Source of the DNA: Lama guanicoe
Taxonomy: Eukaryota
Assembly: GCA_013239625.1 (NCBI GenBank)
Contig: MU054323.1
Coordinates: forward strand, 2,964,161 to 3,028,160
DNA: 64,000 nucleotides
Direction: 5' to 3'
Below the pieces are notes generated by a model that was not told the origin of the DNA, made no database searches, and saw only the letters and a program-made list of their open reading frames with translations. This document shows, one piece after another, positions 49,540-62,379 of the stretch. The position numbers and the translations under genes were made by a program. How positions within the stretch are numbered: the first letter of the stretch is position 1; every line of letters starts with the position of its first letter.

Positions 49540-49801
49540 ATCCAGTGTTAGTGCCAAGCGGGGAGCACGTGGGCGTAAGGCTGTCAGCAGCCATATTCTC
49601 CATCCCCAGGGGGAAGCCATCTGCAGAATAAAGCCAGCGCAGCAGTGGGCAGAGCCAAGGCCTTGAGTGAACAGAGCCCCAGTGATGCCATTTCAGCCAG
49701 ACTTCTACCCCAGGACCTTAAGCCAATAATGAATTCTCTACTTTGCTTAAGATATTTTGGGTTAGATTTTTATCACTTGCATTGAAAAGTGTCCTCATAC
49801 A
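49540..49801 (+). mobile_element. Old MaLR LTR 3' part (MLT1J/K-like)
   Basis: gcagccatattct...gaataaagccag...agccaataatgaattctctactttgcttaag...gttagatttttatcacttgca. Confidence 0.6.
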
Positions 49802-50320
49802 CACCCTTTTCCTCCCCAAGTTCTCTGTTTTCAGCTATGCCTGACCCCCCTGGACTCTCTCCATCCTCCTACAAGAAGGAGGCCCCCTGAAGTGTATACA
49901 TCCAGCCTCTCATCATGGGCCATTCCTCCAGTTTTTCCAGGCTCTGGAAACAACTGGAAAGAAATCACAGCTCACACATGGCAACTGTCTCTACTCAGAC
50001 TCAAGCCTGCCCCACCCCCCAACACTGACCATGACAGTGAGCAATCCCCCGAGTGCACACTCACTGCAGAGAAAAGTGCTAGGACGGCCTCACAAGATAG
50101 CTGCACGCTCGGCGCAGACCACCCCGGATGCTGCCCTGCTCACGACCAGCCACCCTCTGCCTGTCAGCTCCTCTTCTTTATGACTTGGAAGCTGCTGGTA
50201 TCGCCAATGTCAGCAGGAAATGGCTCTTTAATCACTGCAAAGTCCCTCCTGATTGTAAAGATTAGATTAACCTCAGACTGTAGGGCCTCCTCTTCCAAGA
50301 TAACTGGGATTGTGTACGAG

Positions 50321-50354
50321 AGCGATGAGCAGCGATGAGCAGCGATGAGCAGCG
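50321..50354. repeat. Perfect decamer tandem repeat (AGCGATGAGC)x3.4
   Basis: Seen directly. Confidence 0.95.
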
Positions 50355-51134
50355 GCCTGCACTCACAGCTTGGTTGGATTACAAGCATTCTAGGCCCACA
50401 TGGAACCCAGGGCCTCAGACGGCAGGGGTCTGAGAACAGAAGACTTTACGCACTAAAGGCTGGGGGTGTGAAGGAGGGTCAAAGATGCTGGATGCAGCAG
50501 AAAAGGCTGAGTGGCTGCCATTTACAAGCAAGCAATTTGGGGACATGATCTCTGATGCCCACCAAAATCCATGGCTTTCCCATTCTGCACTTTGAACCCA
50601 GAGCAGCCTACCTATGAGGCATGACCCAGGGGAGAGACAAGGTATCTTCTTTCAGTCCCTAAATATAAGCCACCCATGTGCATGGACACTCTAGTGGGCT
50701 GCAGGCTGCAGCACAGCTGGGATTCACTACAGCCGTACCAGCTCCCAGTGTGAAGCTAGAGCTCCACCTCCTCCCTTCTACCCAAGAAAGCCACTGTCCG
50801 CTTCAGCTTATTAACTGTTGTCATTAACAAGCCACCTGTGGCACAGCTCACACCAGATTCAGACACCCAATATGGCAGCCATCACCATCTGAGCGGCTGA
50901 CTCAACCAGCCAATGGTGTGGGCCTGTGTCACGCGTTCATTCCAGCGAGGCCTCCCCTCTGGTACTGCCTTCAGAGTTTCTTCCATCAACATCACCTCCC
51001 TGATGGTAGGTCTTCAGCCTTTGAGAGTGAGTTTGAAAAACAGTGGATCCTCACATATTGGAAAGCCTGTTTCCAGGCAGTACCCAGGAGATTCTCTACT
51101 GCCCCAGGAGGTGGGGTTAACTGCCTCTTATGAC

Positions 51135-51720
51135 ACATTCATTTACTTTTTAAGCCCCTACTGTGCACCAGACACTCTTCTAGTAATGACCAGCACAAAG
51201 TTCCTTGTCTCAGGGAACTTACACTCTAGTGGAGAAAGAAAGACGTTAAAAAATAAGCCTAACATGTATGTATATGTATGACTGAAACATGCTGCACACC
51301 AGAAACTGGTAAATTGTAACTAACTATATTTAAGTAAAAAATTAATTAATTAACCAATTAAAGAAAATAAACAATAAGGTCCTATGGTATAGCACAGGGA
51401 ACTATATTCAATATCTTGTAATAATCTATAATAAAAAGAATATGAAAAAGAAAAAAGCCGAATAAATGTATCCATTAACACAGTACATTATAAGGTAATA
51501 AATGCTATGGAAAAAGACAAAAAGAGCAGGGTAAGCGGGTCAGGCTGCAGAATTAAACAGGGTGGACAGGTTTTGCTTCATTGAAAAGGTAAGATTTGAG
51601 TAAGCACTCAAAGAAAGTAAAGAGTTTTTGCCAAGGGGACAAAGAGGGAACAGTGTTCTGGGCAAAGGGAACAGCCAGAGCAACGGCCCTGAGGCAGAAC
51701 ATGCGTGGCACCCGTGAGAA
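51135..51720 (-). mobile_element. L2 3' end, interrupted by L1 3'UTR pieces
   Basis: cattcatttac...cctactgtgcaccagacact...gggaacttacactctagtgg; resumes taataaatgctatggaaaaa...gcttcattgaaaaggtaagatttgag...gggcaaagggaacagc. Confidence 0.75.
51263..51450 (+). mobile_element. Short L1 3'UTR insertion made of two segments in permuted order
   Basis: Both segments resemble parts of the L1 3'UTRs at 14297 and 29021; flanked by aagcctaa / aagccgaa. Confidence 0.75.
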
Positions 51721-52749
51721 GCAGCAGCAGACACTGGGACTGGGACAGAAAGAGCTGGGGCGGGGGGGGGGCGGTCAATGGGGAGGAGACTGGAGAGGAA
51801 CAAACTGTTCCAACCAGAGGGAACAGGTCCCACCCAAGGCCCGAGATGCAGGACCCTCACAACTCAAGCAGAACACAAGTCCCTCACCTGGAGCCCCAGC
51901 TACTCCCCCTGCAGATTCAAGGCACAAGGGCCTTCTGCTCCCATTAGCCCTCCCCCTGCCTTTGGTCCCCATCATTCAGCCAGCAGACCCAGGATCCATC
52001 CAACACACAGCAGAACAGGATGCTCTCTCTGGCCCCCCATGGAAACCATCCTGCCACTCCCCTCCCCCGGCCCCACAGCCGATAGGAGGGCTGACAGCTG
52101 TGAAGAACTGAAGTACAAAACTCATCAAGTTGAAGTCCTTCCCTCCAACCCAGGCCCAGAAATCTCAGATTACAGATCCAAGCTCCTGGGATCTCCCAGT
52201 CAAAAGCCAGCACCCAGGAGGTAGGGGCCAGCCAGGCCCAGGAGGTGGAGTTCTCACCTCCCAAGCAGCCAGGACCCAGCGGCCATCTGGCCAGCCCTCT
52301 CGTGCCAATCAGCGGCAGGCAGGCTGACACCAGGACTGCCAGGGCATCAGGGCTGCAGGAGGCATCTGAGGCAATGCTCCCCAACTGCTCAGGCGTAACT
52401 GAACCAGGCCTTCGCAAAGGGGGAAAGAGCACATTACCAAGCCCCAGCTGTGCCAAGAGCTCCTTGGATCCATCTTCTTCCCAAGCCTCACCCTCTCCTT
52501 GGTCTCAGCCTGTTACAGCTAATGGCTCTATTGCCATCCAAGTTTTTTTGCTTGGCAGGGCCCAGTGGTTGGCTGACCTAAACCAGCAGTGACAAGTGGC
52601 TACACTCAGTCTGCAAGTGTCAAGCTCACTGCCACCTTTCAGCAAACCCTGCCTCCACCTCTTCTCACACACACAGACGGCTTCCACGCCATGGGCAAAT
52701 CGGAGCCTTGAAACCACTCTCAGAGGCAAGAGGACTAATGGAAGATGCT

Positions 52750-52890
52750 TACATGAGTCACTGGGACGATGGCAAAGTCACTGGTTCTCTCTGGACCTCA
52801 GTTCTCCTTCTTATAAAATGATAGGGTCCAGAAGTCACCATTGGAGGGACTGTTACAGCGATGAGATTACAGAGACAGTTTAGTGCTCTG
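52750..52890 (+). mobile_element. MIR SINE
   Basis: ggcaaagtcac...ctctctggacctcagttctccttcttataaaatg. Confidence 0.65.
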
Positions 52891-53299
52891 ACTCGAGAAC
52901 AAGGAAGGACTCTAACTGCAGGAGAGAGCTGAGGGAGTCAGAGGCCTGGATCTGAACTGCTACTCAGAGGTTGCTCAAGAAATAAGAGGGAGTGAGAAAA
53001 AGAAAGAGAAACTCTCCCCAGAATTATCCTTTGGCTCAGACTCCCAGTGGAGGCAGAGTATGGGACTGAAATAAAGTTCTGAGATGGGGTTTGGAAGCGG
53101 AGCGGCACCCTCATTCACTGGGGTCAACTTCAGCAGATCTGGGGGCTTAGAACTCTGATTGTCAGGAGCACCAGGAGCACAGCTGTGAGTAAAGAGGGTA
53201 AAATCAGGGAGTTTCCTCCATGCGGCAGAAGGTTGATGAGAAGGTAGCTGCAAGAGAGACGCGAGTCTGAGCCTCCAGCATCTCTGAAGTAGGAAAGCA

Positions 53300-54250
53300 G
53301 GTGGAAGAGACTGACTTTGGATGAGAAGGGTAAAGAGTCTGGTTTTGCACCTATCTGAAGTTTAGACTGGAAGTCAGGAAAGAGGTCAGGGTGGAGATAC
53401 GTGTTTGGGAGATGTCTGCAAAAAAAAGATATAAAAAATGAAATGGAGTGGATGAAAGAGAAAAAAATCTAGAAGGCATTTTGGAATATACTGGAGAACA
53501 TTGCATTTAAGAGTTGAGAGTTGAAAGAAGGCCAAAGAATGAGAAAAGGAGGCAAAGAAGGGGCATCCAGGGAGGAAGGAAGGGTCAGGGTGACACTGAA
53601 GCAGGGCAGCCAGGAGTGCTGCTCATCAGATAGTCCTGCCTCCCTTCCAGGAGCCTGGCAGGACTGGCATTCCTGACTCTCCTTTGTAGCTAGTGGACAC
53701 ATGACTTTTTTTGGCCAACGAGCTGTAAGTGAAAGCATTTGTCACTTTCAGCTGGACATTTAAAGCTGATGTGAGGCACACAAGAGCTCCCTCTTCTCGG
53801 CTGCAACGACCATGTATGTTCCGGTAGAGGCTGCTCTGCGGGTCCAGGAGCGAGAGGACATGGAGCAGAACCAGAGTTCATCAGGAGTGAGAAGTCAACT
53901 TATTTGCTTTAAGCCACTGGGATCGTTGGTAACCGCAGCACAACCCAGCCTTTGCTGACTGATGCCAATGGAGGAGTTTCTAGAAGGAAGATGGTGGCCA
54001 ACAGTGCTGAATGGAGCAGGAGCATGAGGACTAGGAAAAGTTGTGGGGTCTGGCAAACAAGTGGACATCAGTGACCCTCATGCTTGGGCTGTGGACACAA
54101 AAACCAGACTGCAAGGTGTTAAGGAATGAAGTCTTGAAGGCAGAAGATGTAGACTTTCAAATAGCTGGGGGGATGTCAGAAAAGAAATGGGGCAGCATGA
54201 GGGCCAGCAAGGTAAGAGAAAGGCTGACACTTTTATTCCTAAGAGAAGCC
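53300..54250 (-). mobile_element. L2 remnant split by an MLT1 LTR
   Basis: ggaaagaggtcagggtggagatacgtgtttgggag...aacattgcatttaagag; resumes ggtggccaacagtgctgaatg...gaggactaggaaaag...aaccagactgca. Confidence 0.65.
53640..53966 (+). mobile_element. Old MaLR LTR (MLT1I/J-like)
   Basis: cctttgtagctag...acatgactttttttggccaacgag...tttaagccactggga...aaccgcagcacaacccagcct...tgactgat. Confidence 0.7.
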
Positions 54251-55686
54251 AGTGAAGAAGCAAAGGAATAATATGAATGATGGTCTGGTTTGCCCAAGTT
54301 CATTACTTCTCTGTCTGTTTGGGAAGCAGAAGAAGGAAGGAACTAGATCTCCTGTGCCTGCAATGTTTTCCTTTCCTGATTGCACACTCACTCCAGGAGC
54401 TGACCAAGGGTCAAGGGGACTGAGCTGAAATTGGTGGGGGTGGGAGAGCACAGAACAAGAGAGGAGGCTCCTAGAAAGATCCTGGTAATAGAAGGACGGA
54501 GGGGAGAGGGAGGAAATTGATGGAAAGATGATCAATCTCCAGGAAACTGGGAGGTTCAGGAGCCCCTAAGGACTGACCTCCAGGATGTGAGTTTCCACAT
54601 CCATAAAATGGGGCTAACCCATGTGACACAGGGTCACAGGGAAGGTAAGAGGATGATGCCCGCACACCAGCACCTTACGAACTGAAATGCTCCCGGCTCG
54701 TGGGACGGAATCAAGGCTGGTCATCACTGTTTGGGGTATTTTTACCCAGAGACTTCATCACCTCTAGTTGCTGCCAGGGAGGCTGAACTCCCAAATCAGC
54801 CACCAAGGCTTGCCAAGAGGACAACCTCAGGTCTACAGTGGCTGCACACAGAGCTCTCGCACACCCCAGGGTAGGCAGAGGTGGGAGACCCAAGTCCTAT
54901 TGGTAGCTTCACCGAGTGATTCTGGGCTAGTCAGCTCTCCTTTCTATGCCCCAAATCCTGACACATCAAATGGGGAAATGGGATCAGACAACTTCTGAGA
55001 GAACTCCCAGCTCTGACATTTTAAGATGTGGTGATTCAATCAGCCCTCCTGCTGTACTTCTTAGATAAATAAAACATAAAACTATTTGTAATCAATTAAA
55101 CCAGAAACAGTTACCATACTATTAAGTAGATGAACAGACATGAAAAAATAACAAAAGAACTAATAACTGTCAAGTGATATTTTGGACCTTTAATCCCTTT
55201 GACTCAGTTCTTAGCCCGATGACACACACACTTTGGCCACGTTAAAGCCCCTTTACTGCCAACGAAGGCTCCAGTTGGGCCAGCCAGCCAACAACGTGCC
55301 CTCTCGCTGGCCAGTTCAGAGCACCTCTGCCCTGAGTCTGCCTCCAGCAAATGGGCTCCAGCTGTCAGATGCCTGCGACAGGCGGTGTGCACATGTCCGA
55401 GCCTGCCTGGAACTGCAGCCCACCCCGTCATGGAGGGAGTGGGTCACTGAAGCAGAACACATAAAATTAGCACTTGGGTCTGTGCTCACCCTGAACTTCA
55501 TCACTGTTACCAAAGACACATGCTGAGATGCAGGAAGAGAAGTCCTAATCTCTGACCTGCTTTAGCCCTTAGCCCAGTCCCTGTCAATCTGCTCAGCTGA
55601 AAAGTCAATTCTGAGATATCTCGGGGAAGCTGATACCCACAGGGAAATGTCCCCCAACCTCTCCCATCAGTGTGTCATCCAATCCT

Positions 55687-55723
<37 letters not shown>

Positions 55724-55724
55724 T
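55687..55724. repeat. Compound (CT)n(CA)n microsatellite
   Basis: Seen directly. Confidence 0.95.
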
Positions 55725-57574
55725 ACCCCTACTTCAGTAGTGGCCACTAGGAAGTGTTAGCCATGGTTCTTGGAGCTGATCCCTTGCCTGGGTTTGATTT
55801 TTGTCTTTTCTCTCAGTAGCCTAAATGGGGTCAGTCAAGCTGGAAGACTTGGTCATGAATTAGCCCATACCCATGATAGTGGAACCAATTTCCACTGAAG
55901 GCAGCATCCAGGCCCCACCACCTGTCATGGGCCAGCTCAGCTTCTCAGCCCAGTGAAGATAGGATGCATCTATCCCCAGGCAGCCCTGTGTCCTTTCCAC
56001 ATCCAGCCCGAGTCAGCTATGGTCTTCCAAGAAAAGTAGAATTCAGGGCCAAGCACACCCCAGCACCCCATGTGCCCACCCGGTCCCCTGTGCAACCCCA
56101 GTGGTGTGGAGATGAGCTTCATTTAACCCTTGGGTGGGATGAGTGAGGCCTGGGGACAGGGAGGGGTCCTTAAGAAGTCACTGGCCCTAAGGTAGCTCTG
56201 CCTGTCCTGATAGGCTGCCCTGAGAGGACCAAGTACTCTGCCTGCATTTACTGAGGAGGTGTGGGGCTGGCAGCTCGCCAGGGGTTCTGCAGACCGAGCT
56301 CCGTGAGTCTGCCGCCTGGTGCTCCACACTTAGCAGCATGAGGACGCCGCACAGCCTGGACGGAGGGGTGCCTCGCCGATTCAGCCACCACAGCATCATC
56401 CTGCATCCCACAGGGCCCTGCCTTAGCCAGCCTCCCTCTGCTCCTGGTACGGCAGCGCAGAAGCCATGCACTAGGGTCGGGAGGCCTGGGCACTCATCCG
56501 AGTTCCTTCACACCTGCACGGCCTAAATGACCATCACCTTTCCCCTAAGATGAGATGTTTGGACTGGTCCATCTTTAGGGTCCCAGCTCCCAGACAGACA
56601 CTTTCCTGTATAAACTCACTTCAGGGGCCAAATTTTACAGACAGGCATAGAGAGATTGTAAACGCAGGGGAGCCATGGAAGCCCTCGGCCTTCAGCATTA
56701 TCCTGGCCCCCACCAGAGATCTAGAAATGCCACTAGAAGAGGCTCAAGTCCCAGGGCAGGGCACTCACCCGGACTCTGCCCTTAAAGGCACCTCCACCAG
56801 AAAAGGAAACATCTGGGCAACTTCTATTCACTCATCTCTGCGTCTCTTACTGAAGAAAGCCACACTCCTTCACCTACGATTCAAGGCCTTCAGAGTAATC
56901 TCATTCTGAAGATTTTGACTCATTTCACTTTTTCATCCTTTTGCCCCAACCTGCCCTACATGTGTCTTCAGCCCAGACTCAGGGGCCAACTGACTCTTCC
57001 CTGAGCTTCCTTTCCATCCTCCTAACGTATCTTTTCTCAACGTGAATATCATACTCCCCTTACAGACCAACCTGCTACCCACTAAAGACGGTCCTAAGGG
57101 CTCCCACATGGCATCCTCTCCTGTAAGTGTAAGGGGCTGTTCTCCCCTACAGGGAGGGGTGTCCTCACACTGAAGGGCAGAAGGGAGGAAAGGAGAGGCA
57201 AATGTGGCCTCCGCCACAAGAATGTTAAGATGTCTAGGGGGGAATTCCTCTATTAAGATGGAATCCTCTGGTTGGAGTCCGCCTAGAACAAGAAACTGAA
57301 AAAACTTAGGCAAGATGTCTGAGAAACTGCCAGCCCCTTGGAACTAGAAGGCAGATGACAGAGATCAGAAGCTATGAACTTCGATAATGTGCTGTAAGAG
57401 CCGTGGCTTCTGGAGTCCTCTGTGCCACTGTTCCCTGTTGTTTTCTGTCAGTAATCAATGACTGTCTTCTGAAGTTTCTAGTCTACCTCAGCTTCTCCAA
57501 GGAAAATCAGGGTAAACTGAATTCAGGTCGATCCCAGGTCCAGGATGCTCTGGAAGGACAGCTATGTTTATTAC

Positions 57575-58513
57575 CATGAACAGATCCCATCAACCATGAA
57601 ATAAGTTGAAAAAAAAATGTAGAAGAATTATCTCTATAAAAGATGATGAGCTGAGTTTTATGGATGCGATCTAGAGCACAGAAAAAAAAATGGAAACTAT
57701 CTCAATTCCGTTTATGAGGCTAACATAATTTTATGAGGAACCTGGTAAAGATAATATACATATACACATATAATGTTATATACGTAATACTGTATATGTG
57801 TATACACATACATACACACACACACACATACACACAGGCATACATATCCAGACCAATCTTACTTAAGGGTATAAATGCAAAAATCCTAGATAAAAAACCC
57901 AAATCCAGGAGCTATTGAAGGAATAATTCAATATGACTAATGCTATATTTATTCCTGGAATGTAATGATGATTTAAGATTTGTAAGTATACACCAGTCCA
58001 CATCAATATGTCACAGGATAAAAAAAGCTGTAAGAGAGTTTAAGGATACATTTTTTGATATAATACTTTTTGTGAATTAAAAAAAAATAACCTTAGCAAA
58101 CTAGGAGGCATGAATTTACACCTGTAATCAACATCCTGTTCATGGTGAAACAATAGGTGCATTTCCATTAAAAATAGAAAAAAGGCAAGTATGACTTCCA
58201 TCACTATTATGATTATATATTTTCTATTTCTAGCCAATAACATGAAGCAGAAACATGATATTTTTAAAAATCCAGGAGATCAAACTATTATTTGCAGAAG
58301 ATACTACAGCCTACAAAAAAATAAAGCCCAAGAGAAAAACTACCAAAACTAATAACACTTCAGTATGGCAAATAATTACAAATTAAACGTACACAAATCT
58401 ATAGGTTACCTATATGCCGGAAATAGGTAGTTTAAAATTAATAGAAAATACAATGGGGGGAAATGATTTTATTTAAATGAGGGGGGAAATGACTTTATTT
58501 AAATGAGCAGGGA

Positions 58514-58557
<44 letters not shown>

Positions 58558-59420
58558 TAAAATAATTTTAACGAGAAAACATGGAAGGTCTATTAAAAAC
58601 ATTTTAAAAAACTTTACTGTGAAACAGAAGCAGACTTGAAGAAATGCCACGTTTCCGAGGGAAAGCTGAATTTTTTTTTTAAATGCTTTCCCAACCAGTT
58701 TTCAAGGTCTGTCACACACAACAAGAGGGGAAGAGTGAGGCTTGCTGGCTGTGTTCTCATGGAGACTCACATCCTCATGAAGGTGGTGTGAGAGAACATG
58801 GGAGAACTGGCCCCACTAGCCACGTCCACGTGTAAAACTTTAATTTCCCAGAAAGAGGAAAATCCGTAAGCTTCAGAAACATGATAGAACATAAAACACG
58901 ATGATAATACTTGAAATCAGCTTCGGAAATTGTGAACCATAAGTTCTCTTTGTTCTGTGACTGTTCAAAAATCACCAGTGATTCATTAAGGTAGAAAATT
59001 AAACAAATAAGAGTGTGAGTGCCATCTCATGGAGAAAGCAACCAATACGGTGTCCAAGTTATCGTGGTCGCAATCTTTTCCAATCAAGTATAAAGCCTAT
59101 GCTAGCTCATGTGGCATAAAGCCCCAACAATAAAAAAAAAAATAGTACAGCACTACAGTAAAAGTTGTTAGCTCAATCACTCAGACAGAATGTACAGCCC
59201 TAACATAAACATCTATGAACATATTCCATGATAAAAGTAGCATCGTGCATCCATCAGTGAGGAGAGGAAGGATGAATTAATTAGTAGTAAGGGCAGCTGG
59301 TTTACTTTTGTGGGGGAGAGTAAATTCTCAATTCACTTTTACGTGGAAATAATTTCAGATGAATAAACAGTTTCTCTGGAATTAAGTTCATGAAAAACGA
59401 ATTAGAAGAGAATATAGAAA
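57575..59420 (+). mobile_element. Old L1M/L1ME ORF2 remnant (fragmented; contains (AAT)n at about 58515-58553 and an unclassified insert)
   Basis: A-rich; ccagaccaatcttacttaagggtataaatgcaaaaatcctaga, tttattcctggaatgtaa, ttatttgcagaagat, aaaactaccaaaactaata match decayed ORF2. Confidence 0.65.
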
Positions 59421-59429
59421 AAAAGCGGA

Positions 59430-59568
59430 GAGCATTGAAACTCCATGAAAGCAGAGTCTGTTTTGTTTACTGCTGTATCTCTAGTATCCAGAACAGTGCT
59501 TGCCACAGAGTAAGTACTCTACAGATTTATTGGAATGAATGAATGAATGAATGAATGAATAAATAAAT
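59430..59568 (+). mobile_element. L2 3' end with (GAAT)n tail
   Basis: aaactccatgaaagcagag...ttttgtttactgctgtatctctagtatccagaacagtgcttgccacagagtaagtactc...gaatgaatgaatg. Confidence 0.9.
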
Positions 59569-60754
59569 CTTTTTTCCTCTGTAAATTTTCTGGTTATCTA
59601 CCTTGTCACATTTTCTGCTAGGGCTTTTTTCCCCTTAGTACTATAACTTGTTGTTTTAACTCCCTACATCTCTTTACATATTAAAGATAATAACTCTCTG
59701 TCCATTATATTTATTGCAAATAATTTCCCACATTTGTCTTTTACCTTTTCATTTATTTCAATTCTTTACATACTAAAAAAAATTATTTTATAACTTCTTC
59801 TGATTGTCATTATCTATAGAAAATCCTTCCCAATCCCAAATTGCTGAGGACACAGAGCCCACCCTCAGTGGTCTGGTCCAAGTTACTTCAGCTGTGGGAC
59901 TACTCCATCCTCTCCCAGGGCCTGGAGACTGGCTTCAGAGGCATCTGATCCCAGGGTTTCCTATCGCAACAGACTCTTCCAACCCCCAAAGCTCCCTTTC
60001 CAGCTCACTCTTTTGCATAACCACATGGTGAGGTCATCTGTTTAGGACACCATTGTTCCATCACCATGGAGATGATGAGATGTCAAAGCACTGGCAAGAA
60101 GCCTCCTGTGCAGGATGAAGCCAAGGAAGAAGATGGAGAGAAGACAGGAAGGACCGGCCCATTAGCCGAAGGATCGAAAACATCCCAAGTAGCTCATGAG
60201 GTCATCCTCAGGCACAGTTTCCCAGGTGTCACATCTGTTTGGGAAGCAAACCTTCCAGCCCAGCCCAGCACGCAGCGACAGCTCACGGGCAGCACCTAAC
60301 CTCCGAAGAGGAGATTCCCGTCCCTTTTACCCTCTGGGGCTTGCAGCCTGACTGTGCTGGCTGACAACCTCCTCTGGAATTCTCAAGTTAGTTCTCCTGT
60401 TTTTCTCAGAATATAATTCCCTGTTCCCACTCACTTCACTACATCATCCTTCCCCTCCAGATTCGACTCCTAATCTACTTTCTCCTCTGCTTCCAGGACA
60501 ACCACTCTAAGGCAAGAATCTGATCGCCTTACTCATCTTCTAAAATTAATGCAGTGATTAACCATTGTCCTAAGGGAAAAAAATCTAAATTCCTTAGGAG
60601 ACTATTCAGACCCTTCATAATTTTGCTTTAGCCCCTATCTCCAGCCAACTTCTTCACACTCCCCTGTACCCCTCCAACAGTATTCCGCCTGGCACTGGAA
60701 AATGCTGCCTCTTCCATCTAAATAACTACCTCTCACTGGCACCAACAGGCTAGA

Positions 60755-60914
60755 CAGAGTCCTGTGAAGGTGGCATATACACCTTCATGTTTTAGATAAT
60801 GAAGTTTGGGTCCACAGTGGTTACTTAACCCAGGGTCACACCGTTTTTAAGCAGCAGAGCTGGGATTCAAACCCAGGGCTTTCCAACTTTAAAACCACCT
60901 GGTCTTTCCACTCC
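60755..60914 (-). mobile_element. MIR SINE
   Basis: cccagggtcacac...taagcagcagagctgggattcaaacccagg. Confidence 0.7.
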
Positions 60915-61024
60915 TATGGTGCCCACCCATCCCCGTTTGCTCAGAACTGTCTTCATTTAGCACTGAAGTCCCACGTCTTAGGAAACCCTCATTCCCCAGC
61001 AGACAGGAATAGCTGACTGCCCTG
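60915..61024. mobile_element. MER81-like hAT-Blackjack MITE
   Basis: ggtgcccacccatccccgtttgc...ttagcactgaagtcccacgtcttaggaaaccctca resembles the recalled MER81 consensus; about 110 bp. Confidence 0.7.
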
Positions 61025-61064
61025 CCACTACCCCGTGCTGCTGCCTTTTCCTGTTGATGCCGGT

Positions 61065-61335
61065 TCACCTTTCACTCATGAGTTCCTCCTCTGCCTCCTC
61101 CAGGAAGCCTTCCAAGACCACCTTGCACCCAGAGAAGTATACTTCCCCTCTCCTGCCACATTCCTGGACCTGCCTCTAGCCTGCAAAGTCACCTATATCA
61201 AAATGACGTGTCTACTTATTAGTCTCTCTTGCTGGAGGATGAATTTCTGGCTGTTCAAACCAAGGCCCAGTCATGTCTGTGGTCCCAGGGCATGACATGT
61301 AGTAGGAGCTCAATTTGTATTTGTGCAATGAGTCG
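61065..61335 (+). mobile_element. L2 3' remnant
   Basis: cctcctccaggaagccttcc...catgtagtaggagctcaat...ttgtgcaatga. Confidence 0.6.
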
Positions 61336-62379
61336 GCAAATCTGATCAGGGCTATTCTATGGGGAACAAGGAGGCCAGGATCTCCTGAGAAAAGTGGTTT
61401 CCAGAAAAAAATCTGCAGGTAAAAAATTCTGGAGTGGGTCCTGTCTGGAGTCTGCTAGTCAGCAAGCATAACCAAAGCATTTGCTCTGCCTGGAACTCAC
61501 GGACCCTGTTAGATCTGTAGGTACAAATCTGCAGCTGATTTTCAAGCCCAGTGGCATGTCCAATGCCCTCCCTACAAATTGCAGTGAATGGTAGGTCACG
61601 GAACAAATTTACACAACTCCCCTGGGAGAGGAGGAGGCAGGGAAGGAGATATGCAGAGTTTACAGCTTTCCAAATGGTTCCTGCTCTGAAGTCACAGATG
61701 TGATAGTGTTGCCCCATCACCCCCAGAAGGAAGTGCATCTCCGCCTGCACTGACACAAAACCTCTCCCACTCGCACTGCCCTCTGAGGAGACCTGTCGCC
61801 CGAAGAGAAGGAGAATGCAAGTGGCTTTGCTCTAGCCTGGACGCTCTGGCCCTCATGAGACAGTAGACCTGAAACCTGAAGTGACAAAAGAGATGCCCTG
61901 TTGTTCAGTTTAAGGAAGAGTCTAGATTCAGGCAGGTTCTGATTTATCCAAACTTGCCCCACTGCTCTGATGTGCACCTTTCAGAATCAAAACCACCTAA
62001 CGTGTCAAGACACCAGCATCACCGTCCACTGCAGCGTGAGACATCTCTCTGTGCGGAAGGGACTGATACTCCTGCCACCGCCTTCTCCTCCCTGCCTTTG
62101 CCCCATGATGCTCTCCTCCCACAGCGACCCTCTGGAAGGGCCTGAAGAAGGGAGAGCAAATCACTGTAATTCTAACTCTTGGGAGAAACACAGAAGGGAA
62201 AAAGTCAGGGATGAGAAGAGATGATGGAATGGGAAGAAACTGATGCCAAGAAAACTCAGCAGTGAGACCCACAGCTGAGTGGGCCACCCATATGTTTTTA
62301 TCGACAATCATCAAAAAAAAGAATCTGTTTACTGTCCTTCAACATGCACAGCATTTAAGAGTCACAAGTGTTCACGAGC

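Noticed and set aside
46164..50354. CRISPR array or immunoglobulin switch region suggested by the short tandem repeats
   Set aside because: Both repeats are about 35 bp in total, spacerless and isolated; the context is mammalian with no cas or Ig segments.
50164..50388. 74-aa minus ORF with protein-like composition
   Set aside because: No recognisable homology, non-ATG start, and it crosses a 10-bp tandem repeat whose copy changes would shift the frame.
51596..52592. Cluster of long overlapping ORFs (115-171 aa)
   Set aside because: GC-rich stop-poor sequence, partly L2-derived, open on both strands; Pro/Gly/Ser-rich translations typical of chance ORFs.
58880..58985. C/D-box snoRNA (ATGATA motifs)
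   Set aside because: No canonical RTGATGA with a downstream CTGA and terminal stem was seen.
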